Below are positions 32,837 through 43,076 of a stretch of 64,000 bases of DNA, piece after piece; the stretch's first letter is position 1, and every line of letters starts with the position of its first letter. The translations under genes and the position numbers were made by a program. Where the stretch lies: contig CAVUIM010000003.1 in assembly GCA_963741665.1 (NCBI GenBank), positions 48,710 through 112,709 on the forward strand, in the 5' to 3' direction. Under the pieces are notes generated by a model. It did not search any database and was not told the DNA's origin. It saw only the letters and a program-made list of their open reading frames with translations. Source of the DNA: an uncultured Acidobacteriota bacterium. Its GTDB lineage: Bacteria; Acidobacteriota; Vicinamibacteria; Vicinamibacterales; UBA2999.

Positions 32837-34216
32837 GTGTCCGATACAAGGACACGGGACCAGACTGCCGTGGACGACCTTTCCTTTGCCGCCAGACGGG
32901 CGTCGAGTACCGCCCCCCGGTCCGAGAGCGATCCCGAGACCCGCTTCCGGGTGCTCGTACAGTCGCCGCTCCGGGCCGGCATCCTCCGATTCCTGAGCGC
33001 ACGGCCGACCGAACAATTCGACGCCGAGGCGATCATGCAGGCGTTCGGGCGCATGCGCCTGGACGTCGAGAACTGCCTCAAGGAGCTGGTCGAGTCGGGC
33101 GTGGTCCGGCGGATGGCCGGCGACCCGGTGGCCTACACGGCCGCCAAGCTCGACCCGGCGTCGGCCCAGGGCAAGCTGCTCGACACCTTCCTCGAGCGCC
33201 GCGCCGCCGTCGGCATCGAGGACACCTCGCCGTCGGTGCAGCGGTTCCGCGAGCTGATCGGCCGCGACGAGAAGATGCTGGCCATCTTCGAGTGGATCCG
33301 CACCGCGGCCAAGTCGGACATCTCGGTGCTCATCCTCGGACCGACCGGCGCCGGCAAGGAAGTGGTGGCGCGGATGATCCACGAGCTGTCGCGCCGCGGC
33401 ACCGAGAAGTTCCAGGCGGTCAATTGCGCCGCGCTGCCCGACACGCTGTTCGAATCGGAGATCTTCGGCTACGAGAAGGGCGCCTTCACCGGCGCGCACG
33501 ATCGCAAGCCGGGCCGCCTCGAGCTCGCCAACGGCGGCACCTTCTTCCTCGACGAGGTCGGCGACCTGTCGCTGGTCGCCCAGGCCAAGATCCTGCGCGT
33601 CCTCGAGGAGCGACGCTTCGAACGGCTCGGCGGCAGCAAATCGATCCACGTCGACTTCCGGCTCATCTCGGCCACCAACCGTCCGCTCGACCAGTTCGTG
33701 CGCGAGAGCCGCTTCCGCGAAGACCTGTTCTACCGCGTCAACGCTTTCTCGATCCGCCTGCCGTCGCTCAAGGAGCGCGCGGTCGACATCCCGGTGCTGG
33801 CGGCGCGGTTCCTCGGCCGCTACTGCGCCGCCAACGGCCTGCCGCTCGATGCCAAGCAGCTGTCGCCGGATGCCGCCGAGCGGCTGCTGCGCTACCACTG
33901 GCCCGGCAACATCCGCGAGCTCGAAAGCACGATGTCGCGCGCCGCGCTGTCGGCGCCGGGCCCGCTCATCCGCGCCGAGGACATCGAGTTCCTGCACGAA
34001 CCGGTGGCCCAGGTGGCCAGCACCCCGGGCCGGCTGCCAACGCTGCGTGACAACGAGCGGGCCCACATCGCGGTGGTGCTCGACGCCGTCGGCTGGAACA
34101 AGCTCGAGGCCGCCCGGGTGCTCGACATCAGCCGCGGCACGCTCTACCGGAAGATCGAGGAGTACGGCCTCGAGCCCGCCGCCGGTCGCCGGCGCCGCGA
34201 GCCGGTCAGCGCCTGA
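32837..34216 (+). CDS. sigma-54-dependent transcriptional activator (AAA+ EBP with C-terminal Fis-type HTH), non-receiver N-terminal domain
   Basis: Walker A GPTGAGKE, GAFTGA, Walker B FFLDEVG, RVNAF, WPGNIRELE and a C-terminal HTH. The N-terminal ~110 aa look winged-helix-like and lack a phosphoacceptor Asp pattern. The start is uncertain (GTG 32837 or GTG 32870). Confidence 0.8.
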   Translation: MSDTRTRDQTAVDDLSFAARRASSTAPRSESDPETRFRVLVQSPLRAGILRFLSARPTEQFDAEAIMQAFGRMRLDVENCLKELVESGVVRRMAGDPVAYTAAKLDPASAQGKLLDTFLERRAAVGIEDTSPSVQRFRELIGRDEKMLAIFEWIRTAAKSDISVLILGPTGAGKEVVARMIHELSRRGTEKFQAVNCAALPDTLFESEIFGYEKGAFTGAHDRKPGRLELANGGTFFLDEVGDLSLVAQAKILRVLEERRFERLGGSKSIHVDFRLISATNRPLDQFVRESRFREDLFYRVNAFSIRLPSLKERAVDIPVLAARFLGRYCAANGLPLDAKQLSPDAAERLLRYHWPGNIRELESTMSRAALSAPGPLIRAEDIEFLHEPVAQVASTPGRLPTLRDNERAHIAVVLDAVGWNKLEAARVLDISRGTLYRKIEEYGLEPAAGRRRREPVSA

Positions 34217-34224
34217 GCCGCGCG

Positions 34225-36747
34225 ATGCGCGAGCTCCCCCGCCCCGCCAGGACCTATATCGTCGCCGTCGTCATCGCCGGCGCGGTCGTGCTGGCGCGCG
34301 CGATTCTCGGGATCGATCTCGACAACCCGTATCTGTTCGTGGCGCTGTTGCTGCTCTCGAACGTGTCGTCGGCGTTCAAGGTGGCGCTGCCGCTGTCGGC
34401 CAGCGGCTCGACGATGTCGGTGTCCTACGCCGTCGACTTCGCCTCGCTGCTGCTGCTCGGTCCGGCGCAGACCACGGTGATCGCGGTGACCAGCGCGTGG
34501 AGCCAGTGCACGTTCCGCATGCGCCAGCCGACCTCCACCTACCGCACGCTGTTCAGCATGGCGTGCCTGGCGGTGACGGTGCAGGCCGCCGGCTGGGTCT
34601 ACCTGCGGCTGGGCGGCGTGCCCGGCGCGATCGGCGAACCGCTGGCCGGGGAAGTGGCGGCCGCTGGTCGGCGCGGCGACGACCTATTTCCTCTTCAACA
34701 CCGTCCTCATCTCGGTGGCGATCGCCCTCTCCACCCGGCAGCCCTGGATCTCGACCTGGAACGAGAACTTCCTGTGGAGCGCGCCGAGCTACTTCGTCGG
34801 GGCCGCCGGGGCGTTCTTCACCGGCGAATCGGTGCTGCGGTTCGGCCCCTGGTTCGCGGTGCTGATGGCCGCGCCGCTGTTCCTGATCTACCGCACCTAC
34901 AAGGTCTATCTGGGGCGCATCGAAGACGAACGGCGCCACGTGCAGGAGATGTCGGACCTGCATCTGGCGACCATCGAAGCGCTGGCGCTGGCGATCGACG
35001 CCAAGGATCAGACCGCGCAGAGCCACATCCGCCGCGTCCAGGTCTACGCCGCCGGCATCGCCCGCGCCCTCGGGATGCCGGACAACGAGATCCAGGGCGT
35101 GAAGACCGCCGCGCTGCTGCACGACATCGGCAAGCTGGCGGTGCCCGAACACATCCTGTCGAAGCCCGGACCGCTCACCCAGGAGGAGTTCCAGAAGATC
35201 CGCGATCCACCCGCAGGTCGGCGCCGAGATCATCAGCGCGGTGCCGTTCCCCTATCCGGTCGCGCCGCTCATCCTCAGCCATCACGAACGCTGGGACGGC
35301 AAGGGCTATCCGCAGGGACTGAAGGGCGAGGAGATTCCGCTCGGCGCCCGCATCCTGTCGGTGGTCGATTACTTCGACGCGCTCACGTCCGACCGCCCCT
35401 ACCACCGGGCGATGGAGCACGACGCGGCGTTGTCGCTGCTCGAACAGGAAGCCGGCAAGGCGCTCGACCCGCGGGTCGTCCACACCTTCTTCGCGCACCT
35501 GCCGGCGCTGGCCGCCGAGGCGACCCGGCTCGAGCAGCAGCCGTCGCGGCGGCTGACGCTCGAACCGACCTCCGAACTGGGCCGGCCGGCGGTCGGGTTC
35601 GAGCACGAGAGCGGCCGCGGCAGCACGGTCTTCGAGGACATCGCGCTGGCCCACCGCGAGATCTACGCGCTCTACGAAATCGCCCAGTCGATGGGCACCA
35701 GCCTCGGCGTCGCCGACACGATGGCGCTCATCAGTTCGAAGCTGAGCAACCTGGTGCCGTTCGCGGCGTGCGCGCTGTTCCTCTACGACGAGGAGCACGA
35801 CTGGCTGCGCTGCCGCTTCGCGACCGGACTCGACTCGGAGCTGATCGGCAGCATGACCATCAAGAGCGGGCATGGGCTGACCGGGCTGGGTCACCCGCAA
35901 CCGCCGGCCGCTGGTCAATGCCCGGCCGAGCGCCGATTTCGAGGCGGCCGGCCTGTCGCCGGCCAGCACCACGCTCAGGTCGGCGATCGTCTCGCCGCTG
36001 GTGTTCAACGACCGGCTGATCGGCACGCTGGCCGTCTACCAGGACTCCGAGGACGCCTATACCGACGACCATCGCCGGCTGCTCGACCGCGTCTGCGAGC
36101 AGGCCTCGGCGGTGATCAACAACGCCAGCGTGTTCGAACGCACCCAGGAGGATTCGCTCACCGACGCCCTCACCGGCCTGCCCAACACGCGCTTCATGTT
36201 CATCCATCTCACCCGCGAGCTGGCCCGGGCCGAGCGGCTGAAGTCGGAAGTGGCGCTGCTGGTGATGGACTGCGACAACTTCAAGGACATCAACGACAAC
36301 CACGGCCACCACGTCGGCGACCGGGCGCTGCGCGAGGTGGCCAACGTGCTGCGCGGCGGCGTGCGGCCCTACGACATCTGCGTGCGCTACGCCGGCGACG
36401 AGTTCATCGTCGTGCTGTCGGGCTGCGGCGCCGACGAGGCCGAGCGCAAGCGGGTCGAGCTGAAGCGGGCGATGGAAGACGTGGTGTTCGAAGTGCGGCC
36501 GGGCCGACGCCTGCACCTGTCGATCAGCGTCGGCGCGGCGATCTACCCGCACGACGGCGAGACCTACGAAGCGCTGCTGGCCACCGGCGACGCCCGGATG
36601 TACCGCGACAAGACCACTCGCAAGCAGCTGGCCCGCCCGGCCGGCGCCCGGCTCAAGGATCGCCGCGCTTCGGGGCTGCGCCACCCGGCGATGCCGCCGG
36701 AGATCAGCGACCTGGACATCGAACGCGCCCGGGCCGGCGTGCTCTGA
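34225..36747 (+). pseudogene. multidomain c-di-GMP signalling protein (membrane domain + HD-GYP + GAF + GGDEF) split over four reading frames (three +1 disruptions)
   Basis: The TM region is in the frame of 34225. The second TM part and HD (LLHDIGK) are in the frame of 34715. HHERWDGKGYP and GAF are in the frame of 35241. The end of GAF and GGDEF (RxxD then YAGDEF) are in the frame of 36001. The junctions are at the GGGG run 34648-51, at about 35204 and at about 35883-86. Confidence 0.8.
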
Positions 36748-36772
36748 CCCTCGCAGGGTACCCTACAGCTCC

Positions 36773-37462
36773 GTGCCGACCGCCACCGTTTGCGACGTCC
36801 ACCGGGCGACGCCCCGCACCCGCCGGCTGCGCCTGCAGCTGGCCGAGCCGTTCACGTTCACTGCCGGGCAGGCGGTCCTCGTCGGCCTGGCCGGTTCGCT
36901 GCTTCGGGCGCCGTACTCGATTGCCTCCGCTCCGGCCGACGCGACCACCGGGATCCTCGAGCTGCTCGTCGGCGCCGACGGCGCCTTCGGTCAGCCGGGC
37001 CTCGATCCTGTGACCGTCATCGGCCAGCCGCTCGACGTCGAGGGCCCGATCGGCACCTTCGGGGTCCCGCCGGCCGCGGACGCCGCGCCGCTCCTGCTGG
37101 TCGCCGGAGGCACCGGCATCGCCCCGCTGCGATCGGTGCTGCTCGACCGGATCCCGCGCCTGGCGGCGCCGCGGATCAGCCTCGTCTACAGTGCCCGCGC
37201 CGTCGACGAGTTCGCCTTCGGCAACGAGTTGGAGACACTGGCGCGCGACGGCCGCATCGCGCTGCACTGCACGGTGACCCGCGACGAGCCGGGGGCGTGG
37301 CCGGGGCGCACCGGACGAATCGACGACCACCTGCTGGCGGCCGCCTGGCCCGGTGCCGACGCCTGGAGTCTGGTGTGCGGACCGGCGCCGTTCGTCAGCG
37401 ACGTCACCGCCGCCCTCGCCAGCATCGGCGTCGCGCCGGAGCGAGTTGTGGTCGAAAGATAG
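36773..37462 (+). CDS. ferredoxin-NADP reductase-like FAD/NAD(P)-binding oxidoreductase
   Basis: 229 aa with a GTG start. It has the FAD motif RAPYSIAS, the NAD motif LLVAGGTGIAP and the C-terminal VCGP. Confidence 0.75.
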   Translation: MPTATVCDVHRATPRTRRLRLQLAEPFTFTAGQAVLVGLAGSLLRAPYSIASAPADATTGILELLVGADGAFGQPGLDPVTVIGQPLDVEGPIGTFGVPPAADAAPLLLVAGGTGIAPLRSVLLDRIPRLAAPRISLVYSARAVDEFAFGNELETLARDGRIALHCTVTRDEPGAWPGRTGRIDDHLLAAAWPGADAWSLVCGPAPFVSDVTAALASIGVAPERVVVER

Positions 37463-37469
37463 AAGCTCG

Positions 37470-38243
<774 letters not shown>

Positions 38244-38322
38244 CAGCGCGTCCTTTCGGTTCGTCGTGCCGGACGATCTTGGCTCATCCGGCGGCGCCGG
38301 CCAAGCCGCGAACGGCGGGGCG

Positions 38323-39702
38323 TCAGAAGCGGGCCAGCCAGGCCCGCGTCTCGTCGAGCGCGGCGCGCACCGCATCGGGGTGCGTCGACTGCGGCGTGCG
38401 GCGGGCCCGCACCGACGCCATCGCGCTGACCGCCGCGGTGACGTCGTCGCCGAACAGGTCCGAGTAGGCGCGCCATTCCGCCAGCGACAGGTCGTCGAAG
38501 TCGCGTCCCGCGGCCAGCAACTCGCGGACCATCCGGCCGATCACCTCGTGGGCGTTGCGGAACGGCAGGCCGCGGCGCACCAGGTAGTCGGCGGCGTCGG
38601 TGGCGAGCAGCAGCCCCGAAGCCGCCTTGCCGGTGCGATCGGGCCGCAGCGTCAGGTTCGAGACGACCGAGGTGGTGGCGTCGAGCGACACGGCCAGCGT
38701 GTGCTCGGCGTCGAAGACGCCTTCCTTGTCCTCCTGCAGATCCTTGTTGTAGCCGGTCGGCAGGCCCTTCATCGCCACCAGCAGCGCCACGTGGTGGCCG
38801 ATCACGCGGCCGGCCTTGCCGCGCACCAGCTCCATCGGGTCGGGATTCTTCTTCTGCGGCATCATGCTGCTGCCGGTGGCCGAGCTGTCGGCCAGTTCGA
38901 AGAAGCCGAATTCCTCGGCGGTGAAGTAGATGACGTCCTCGGCCAGCCGGCTGAGGTGCACCATGGCCAGCGACGCCGCGTGGAGGAAGCTGACCGCGAA
39001 GTCGCGGTCGGACGAGGTGTCCATGCTGTTGGGCACGACCCGCGAGAAGCCGAGCGCGCGGGCCAGCGCCGCCGTGTCGATCGCATAGCCGGTGCCGGCG
39101 ACCGCGCCGGAGCCGAGCGGCAGCGCATCCGCCTCGTCGATCGCGACCGCCAGCCGCTGATGATCGCGGCGCAGCGCCGCGGCGTGGCTCAGCAGGAAGT
39201 GGCTGACCAGCACCGGCATCGCCCGGCGCATATGGGTGTAGGCCGGCATCAGCGCCTCGCCGGCGCGATCGGCCTGATCGGCCAGCGCGGTGACGACGGC
39301 CCGCACCCGCTCCTGCAGCAACGGGATGCGCCGCCGCAGATAAAGGCGGAAGTCCACCGACACCTGCTCGTTGCGCGACCGGCCGGTGTGCAGCCGCCGT
39401 CCGTCGTCGCCGATGAGCGCGACCAGTTCGCGCTCGACGAAGGCGTGGATGTCCTCGTCGTCGCCGGCGACCCACGCCGGTTCGCTGCGGCCGCGCTCGA
39501 GGATCTGCTCGAGCCCGTCGCGGATGCGGCCGACCGCCGTGGCATCGAGCGCCCCGGCCCGTTCGAGCGCATCGGCCCACGCCAGGCTGCCGGTGACGTC
39601 GTCCTCGAACAGGCGCCGGTCGAAGGGGAACGACACCCCGAAATCGAACGCCGCCGGATCGGGCGCCGCATCGAATCGTCCCGACCACAGATGTCCGCTC
39701 AT
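38323..39702 (-). CDS. argH: argininosuccinate lyase
   Basis: 459 aa. Motifs: LWSGRF, the fumarate-lyase signature GSSMMPQKKNPD and HTGRSRNEQV. Its start overlaps the stop of the upstream argG-like gene. Confidence 0.92.
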   Translation of the reverse strand: MSGHLWSGRFDAAPDPAAFDFGVSFPFDRRLFEDDVTGSLAWADALERAGALDATAVGRIRDGLEQILERGRSEPAWVAGDDEDIHAFVERELVALIGDDGRRLHTGRSRNEQVSVDFRLYLRRRIPLLQERVRAVVTALADQADRAGEALMPAYTHMRRAMPVLVSHFLLSHAAALRRDHQRLAVAIDEADALPLGSGAVAGTGYAIDTAALARALGFSRVVPNSMDTSSDRDFAVSFLHAASLAMVHLSRLAEDVIYFTAEEFGFFELADSSATGSSMMPQKKNPDPMELVRGKAGRVIGHHVALLVAMKGLPTGYNKDLQEDKEGVFDAEHTLAVSLDATTSVVSNLTLRPDRTGKAASGLLLATDAADYLVRRGLPFRNAHEVIGRMVRELLAAGRDFDDLSLAEWRAYSDLFGDDVTAAVSAMASVRARRTPQSTHPDAVRAALDETRAWLARF

Positions 39703-40649
39703 GCTCCCACCTCGATCCGTCCGTGCTGCATCGTCATCGTCACCTCGCCCGACGCCAGGTCGAGCACATGGGCGGCAAACGCCTCGAGCCCGCCGCGCAG
39801 GGGCGTGAACCAGTGGCCGTCGCGCACCAGGCCGGCATAGGCCGCGGCGGCGTCCGCAGCAAAACTCCGGGTCGCGTCGTCATACGTGCGCTCGGCGACG
39901 GCGCTGCAGGCCAGATGCAGCGTCTCGGCGGCCGGGGCGTGCACCCGCCAACGGCGGCCGTCGGCGTCACGGGTCACCTGGGGCCTCACGCCGTGCGCCC
40001 GGGCGATCGTCGTCAGGCTGTCGACGATCTCGGCCGGCACCATCGTCACCCGATTCAGGGCCACCGGCAGCCCGTGCTCGATGGTGACCACCACGTGCGC
40101 CGGCGCGCCAGTCGAGGCGTCGCCCGGCGGCGGCTCGCCGCCGGCAATCGGCTCGACGCGCGCCCCGAGATTGCGCTGGTCGTCGGTGTCGCGGCCGCGG
40201 CCGACCGTGACGACGCCGAGTTCCGGGCCGAGGTCGCGCAGCGCCGCCAGCAGCCGCTGCCGTTCGCGTGCCGCCGGCGCCGCGGCAGCGATAGCCGTGG
40301 CCCGTTCGAGCCGCGCCACCTCGACCACCACTTCGGCGACACACGGCGCCGACAGCGCCGTGACCACCGGCTCGCCCGGCACGCCGAGCAGCCCGGCGCG
40401 AAGCGCCGGCCACAGATAGCGCTCGGCCAGCCGCGCGCGCCGATCGAAGACGTGGCAGCGCAGCGCGCCGGCGCCCATCGCCACGTCGCGCAGCTGGTCG
40501 AGCGGCGCCGCCTGCCCGATGTCGACGGCGACGGCAATCACCTCGGTGGCGGTGCGGCGCACCAGATCGGACACCGCATCGGCGGCGTCGACCGAGGTGA
40601 CGGGAACGACGATGCGTTCCAGGACGACGGGCGGATCGGGAACGGTCAT
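39699..40649 (-). CDS. argininosuccinate-synthase-like protein with degenerate catalytic motifs
   Basis: 316 aa from the ATG whose complement is at 40647-40649 (an ATGA overlap with the argR stop). It is collinear with ArgG (EVIAVAVDIGQ, RAG, VTIEHGLPVALN, WFTPLR, final GRIEV). The PP-loop AYSGGLDTS is VPVTSVDAAD here, and the HGATGKGNDQ motif is absent. Confidence 0.65.
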   Translation of the reverse strand: MTVPDPPVVLERIVVPVTSVDAADAVSDLVRRTATEVIAVAVDIGQAAPLDQLRDVAMGAGALRCHVFDRRARLAERYLWPALRAGLLGVPGEPVVTALSAPCVAEVVVEVARLERATAIAAAAPAARERQRLLAALRDLGPELGVVTVGRGRDTDDQRNLGARVEPIAGGEPPPGDASTGAPAHVVVTIEHGLPVALNRVTMVPAEIVDSLTTIARAHGVRPQVTRDADGRRWRVHAPAAETLHLACSAVAERTYDDATRSFAADAAAAYAGLVRDGHWFTPLRGGLEAFAAHVLDLASGEVTMTMQHGRIEVGA

Positions 40650-41107
40650 CCGGCGGCGAGCCCTTCGAACTGCAGCACGAGATTGCGCGCCGCGCGGTGG
40701 TCGCGGCTGATGACCAGAATCGTGTCGTCGCCGGCGATGGTGCCGAGCACGTCGGGCAGTTTGGCGCGATCGATGGCCAGGGCCAGCAGCTGGGCCTCCC
40801 CGGCGCCGGTGCGCAGCACCAGCAGCTGCTGCGACTGCTCGATCCCGGCCAGGTAGTCGATGAGCGCGCGCTGCAGATGGTGGCGGGCGACCTCGGTGCC
40901 GGGCGCGGCGGTGGCGTCGTCGGACGCCGGCTGATAGGCGCCGTCGGCGGCCCGCTTCATCAGCCCCAGTTCCTTGATGTCGCGCGACAGCGTCGCCTGG
41001 GTCACGTCGAAGCCCTGCGTGAACAGGCGCTGCCGCAGCTGTTCCTGGCTGCGCACCGGGTCGCGGCTGACGATGTCGAGGATGGCGGCTTGGCGGCGGG
41101 CCTTCAT
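40646..41107 (-). CDS. argR: arginine repressor ArgR
   Basis: 153 aa. It has the N-terminal wHTH (RQAAILDIVSRDPVRSQEQLRQRL...GFDVTQATLSRDIKELGL) and the C-terminal oligomerisation/arginine-binding region with GTIAGDDTILV. Confidence 0.88.
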   Translation of the reverse strand: MKARRQAAILDIVSRDPVRSQEQLRQRLFTQGFDVTQATLSRDIKELGLMKRAADGAYQPASDDATAAPGTEVARHHLQRALIDYLAGIEQSQQLLVLRTGAGEAQLLALAIDRAKLPDVLGTIAGDDTILVISRDHRAARNLVLQFEGLAAG

Positions 41108-41170
41108 TTTTATGCAGCCGAGTGTATATCAATATGCAGCGCTCAGGTTCACGAAATGGCGCCGGAAGTC

Positions 41171-41199
41171 TTGACGACTCACCAGGTCACATGCATACT
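41171..41199 (+). promoter_or_regulatory. sigma-70-like promoter TTGACG-N17-CATACT upstream of argC
   Basis: -35 at 41171-76, a 17-nt spacer and -10 at 41194-99, about 40 nt before the argC ATG. It lies in an unusually AT-rich divergent region that also has two copies of TATGCAGC (41111-18 and 41133-40). Confidence 0.45.
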
Positions 41200-41238
41200 T
41201 ATTCTTCCGACCGTATAAGTTTACGAGCTCAGATCGTG

Positions 41239-42273
41239 ATGACCCAGACCGAAACTCTGACCGCCGTGCCGCCCGTCGCCGCTCCCGTGCGGGTGGCGAT
41301 CGCCGGCGCCACCGGCTACGCCGGACAGGAGCTGGTGCGTCTGCTGGCCCGCCATCCCCGCGCCACGCTGACCATGGCCACCGGTTCGCAGGCCACCAGC
41401 ACGCCTCGCAAGTTACCGGCGCTGGCCCGCATCTTCGACGGCGAGGTGGTGCCGCTCGACCTGGCGGCGATCGGGCGCGCCGCCGAAGTCGTGTTCCTGG
41501 CGTTGCCCGAAGCGGCGTCGGCCGACGTGGCGCCGGTGCTGCTCGAGGCCGGCGCCCGCGTGATCGATCTGTCCGGCGCGTTCCGTCTGCGTGACGACGC
41601 CGCCCGCGCCAAGTGGTATCCCGCGACCAAGTCGCTGCCGCCCGGCGTGGTCTACGGCCTCACCGAGTTTGCCGCCGACGCGATCGCCGGTGCGTCGCTC
41701 GTCTCGTGCCCGGGCTGCTATCCGACCGCGTCCTTGCTGGCGCTGCAGCCGCTGGCGCAGGCCGGCCTGCTGCGCCGCGACGCCGACGTGATCGTCGACG
41801 CCAAGTCGGGCGTGTCGGGGGCCGGCAAGGCCCCGTCCGAGCGGACGCACTTCTGCGAGAACCACGGCAGCGTCGCCGCCTACGGCCTCTTCGGCCACCG
41901 CCATACCCCCGAGATGGCCCAGGCGCTGGGCTGCGACGTCACGTTCACGCCGCACCTCGTGCCGCTCGATCGCGGCCTGCTGTCGACGATGTACGCACGG
42001 CTGGTGCCCGGCACCACGGCCGCGCAGGTCGGCGCGGTGCTGACGGCCGCGCACGCTCGCTCGCCGTTCGTGCGCCTCACCGGCGACACGCTGCCGGAGA
42101 TCAAGCACGTGGCGTGGTCGAACTTCTGCGACATCGGCTGGCGGGTGGACGAGGCGACCGGCCGGATCATCCTGGTGTCGGCGCTCGACAACCTGGTCAA
42201 GGGCGCGGCGGGCCAGGCGGTGCAGAACTTCAACCTGCTCATCGGCGCCGACGAAACCACGGGGCTGCTGTGA
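41239..42273 (+). CDS. argC: N-acetyl-gamma-glutamyl-phosphate reductase
   Basis: 344 aa from ATG 41239. Motifs: AIAGATGYAGQELVRLL, the active-site PGCYPT, and LDNLVKGAAGQAVQN. Confidence 0.92.
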   Translation: MTQTETLTAVPPVAAPVRVAIAGATGYAGQELVRLLARHPRATLTMATGSQATSTPRKLPALARIFDGEVVPLDLAAIGRAAEVVFLALPEAASADVAPVLLEAGARVIDLSGAFRLRDDAARAKWYPATKSLPPGVVYGLTEFAADAIAGASLVSCPGCYPTASLLALQPLAQAGLLRRDADVIVDAKSGVSGAGKAPSERTHFCENHGSVAAYGLFGHRHTPEMAQALGCDVTFTPHLVPLDRGLLSTMYARLVPGTTAAQVGAVLTAAHARSPFVRLTGDTLPEIKHVAWSNFCDIGWRVDEATGRIILVSALDNLVKGAAGQAVQNFNLLIGADETTGLL

Positions 42274-43076
42274 GCCGCATCGTCGTTCTCAAGTTCGGCG
42301 GCGAGTTGCTCGAGGATCCGGCTCGCACCAAGGCCCTCGCGGCGGTGGTGCGTAAAGCGGCAGCCCGGGGACCGCTCGTGGTGGTGCACGGCGGCGGGCG
42401 CGAGATCGACCGGGCGCTGGCCACCGCCGGTATCGCCAAGCAGCAGGTGGACGGGCTGCGCGTCACCGACGAGGCGACGCTCGAGGTCGTCGTGGCGGTG
42501 CTGGCCGGCATCCTGAACACGCGGCTGGTCGCCACGTTGAACGCCATGGGCGTGCCGGCCGTCGGCCTGACCGGCGCGGATGCCACCGTGGCCCCGGTGC
42601 GCCAGGCGCCGCTTTTCACCGCCGCCGATGGCCGCACGGTGAGCCTCGGTCGGGTCGGCGTGCCCAAGCCGTCGGGCCGGCCGGCGCTGCTCGAGCGGCT
42701 GACTGCGAGCGGCTTCGTGCCGGTGGTGGCGAGCGTGAGCGCGGCGACCGGCGGCGACCTGTGCAACGTCAACGCCGACACGCTGGCCGGCAACCTGGCG
42801 GCGCGCCTCAGGGCGAAGCGACTGGTGGTGGCCGGGGCGACGGCGGGCGTGCTCGACGCCGGCGGCGGCACCGTGGCGGTGCTCGACGCCGCGGCGGCGC
42901 GGGCGATGGTCGCGGCAGGGACGGCCAGCGCCGGCATGATCGCCAAGCTGGCGGCGTGCCGGGCGGCGGTGAAGGCGGGGGTGCGCGATGTGCGCATCGC
43001 CGATGGCCGGGTGCCGGCGGCGCTGCTGGCGGCGCTCACCGGCGAGGCGTCCGGACCCTGGACGCGGGTGCAATGA
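42270..43076 (+). CDS. argB: acetylglutamate kinase
   Basis: 268 aa from GTG 42270, overlapping the argC stop. Motifs: VLKFGG, VVVHGGG, NVNAD and GMIAKL. Confidence 0.9.
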   Translation: MSRIVVLKFGGELLEDPARTKALAAVVRKAAARGPLVVVHGGGREIDRALATAGIAKQQVDGLRVTDEATLEVVVAVLAGILNTRLVATLNAMGVPAVGLTGADATVAPVRQAPLFTAADGRTVSLGRVGVPKPSGRPALLERLTASGFVPVVASVSAATGGDLCNVNADTLAGNLAARLRAKRLVVAGATAGVLDAGGGTVAVLDAAAARAMVAAGTASAGMIAKLAACRAAVKAGVRDVRIADGRVPAALLAALTGEASGPWTRVQ

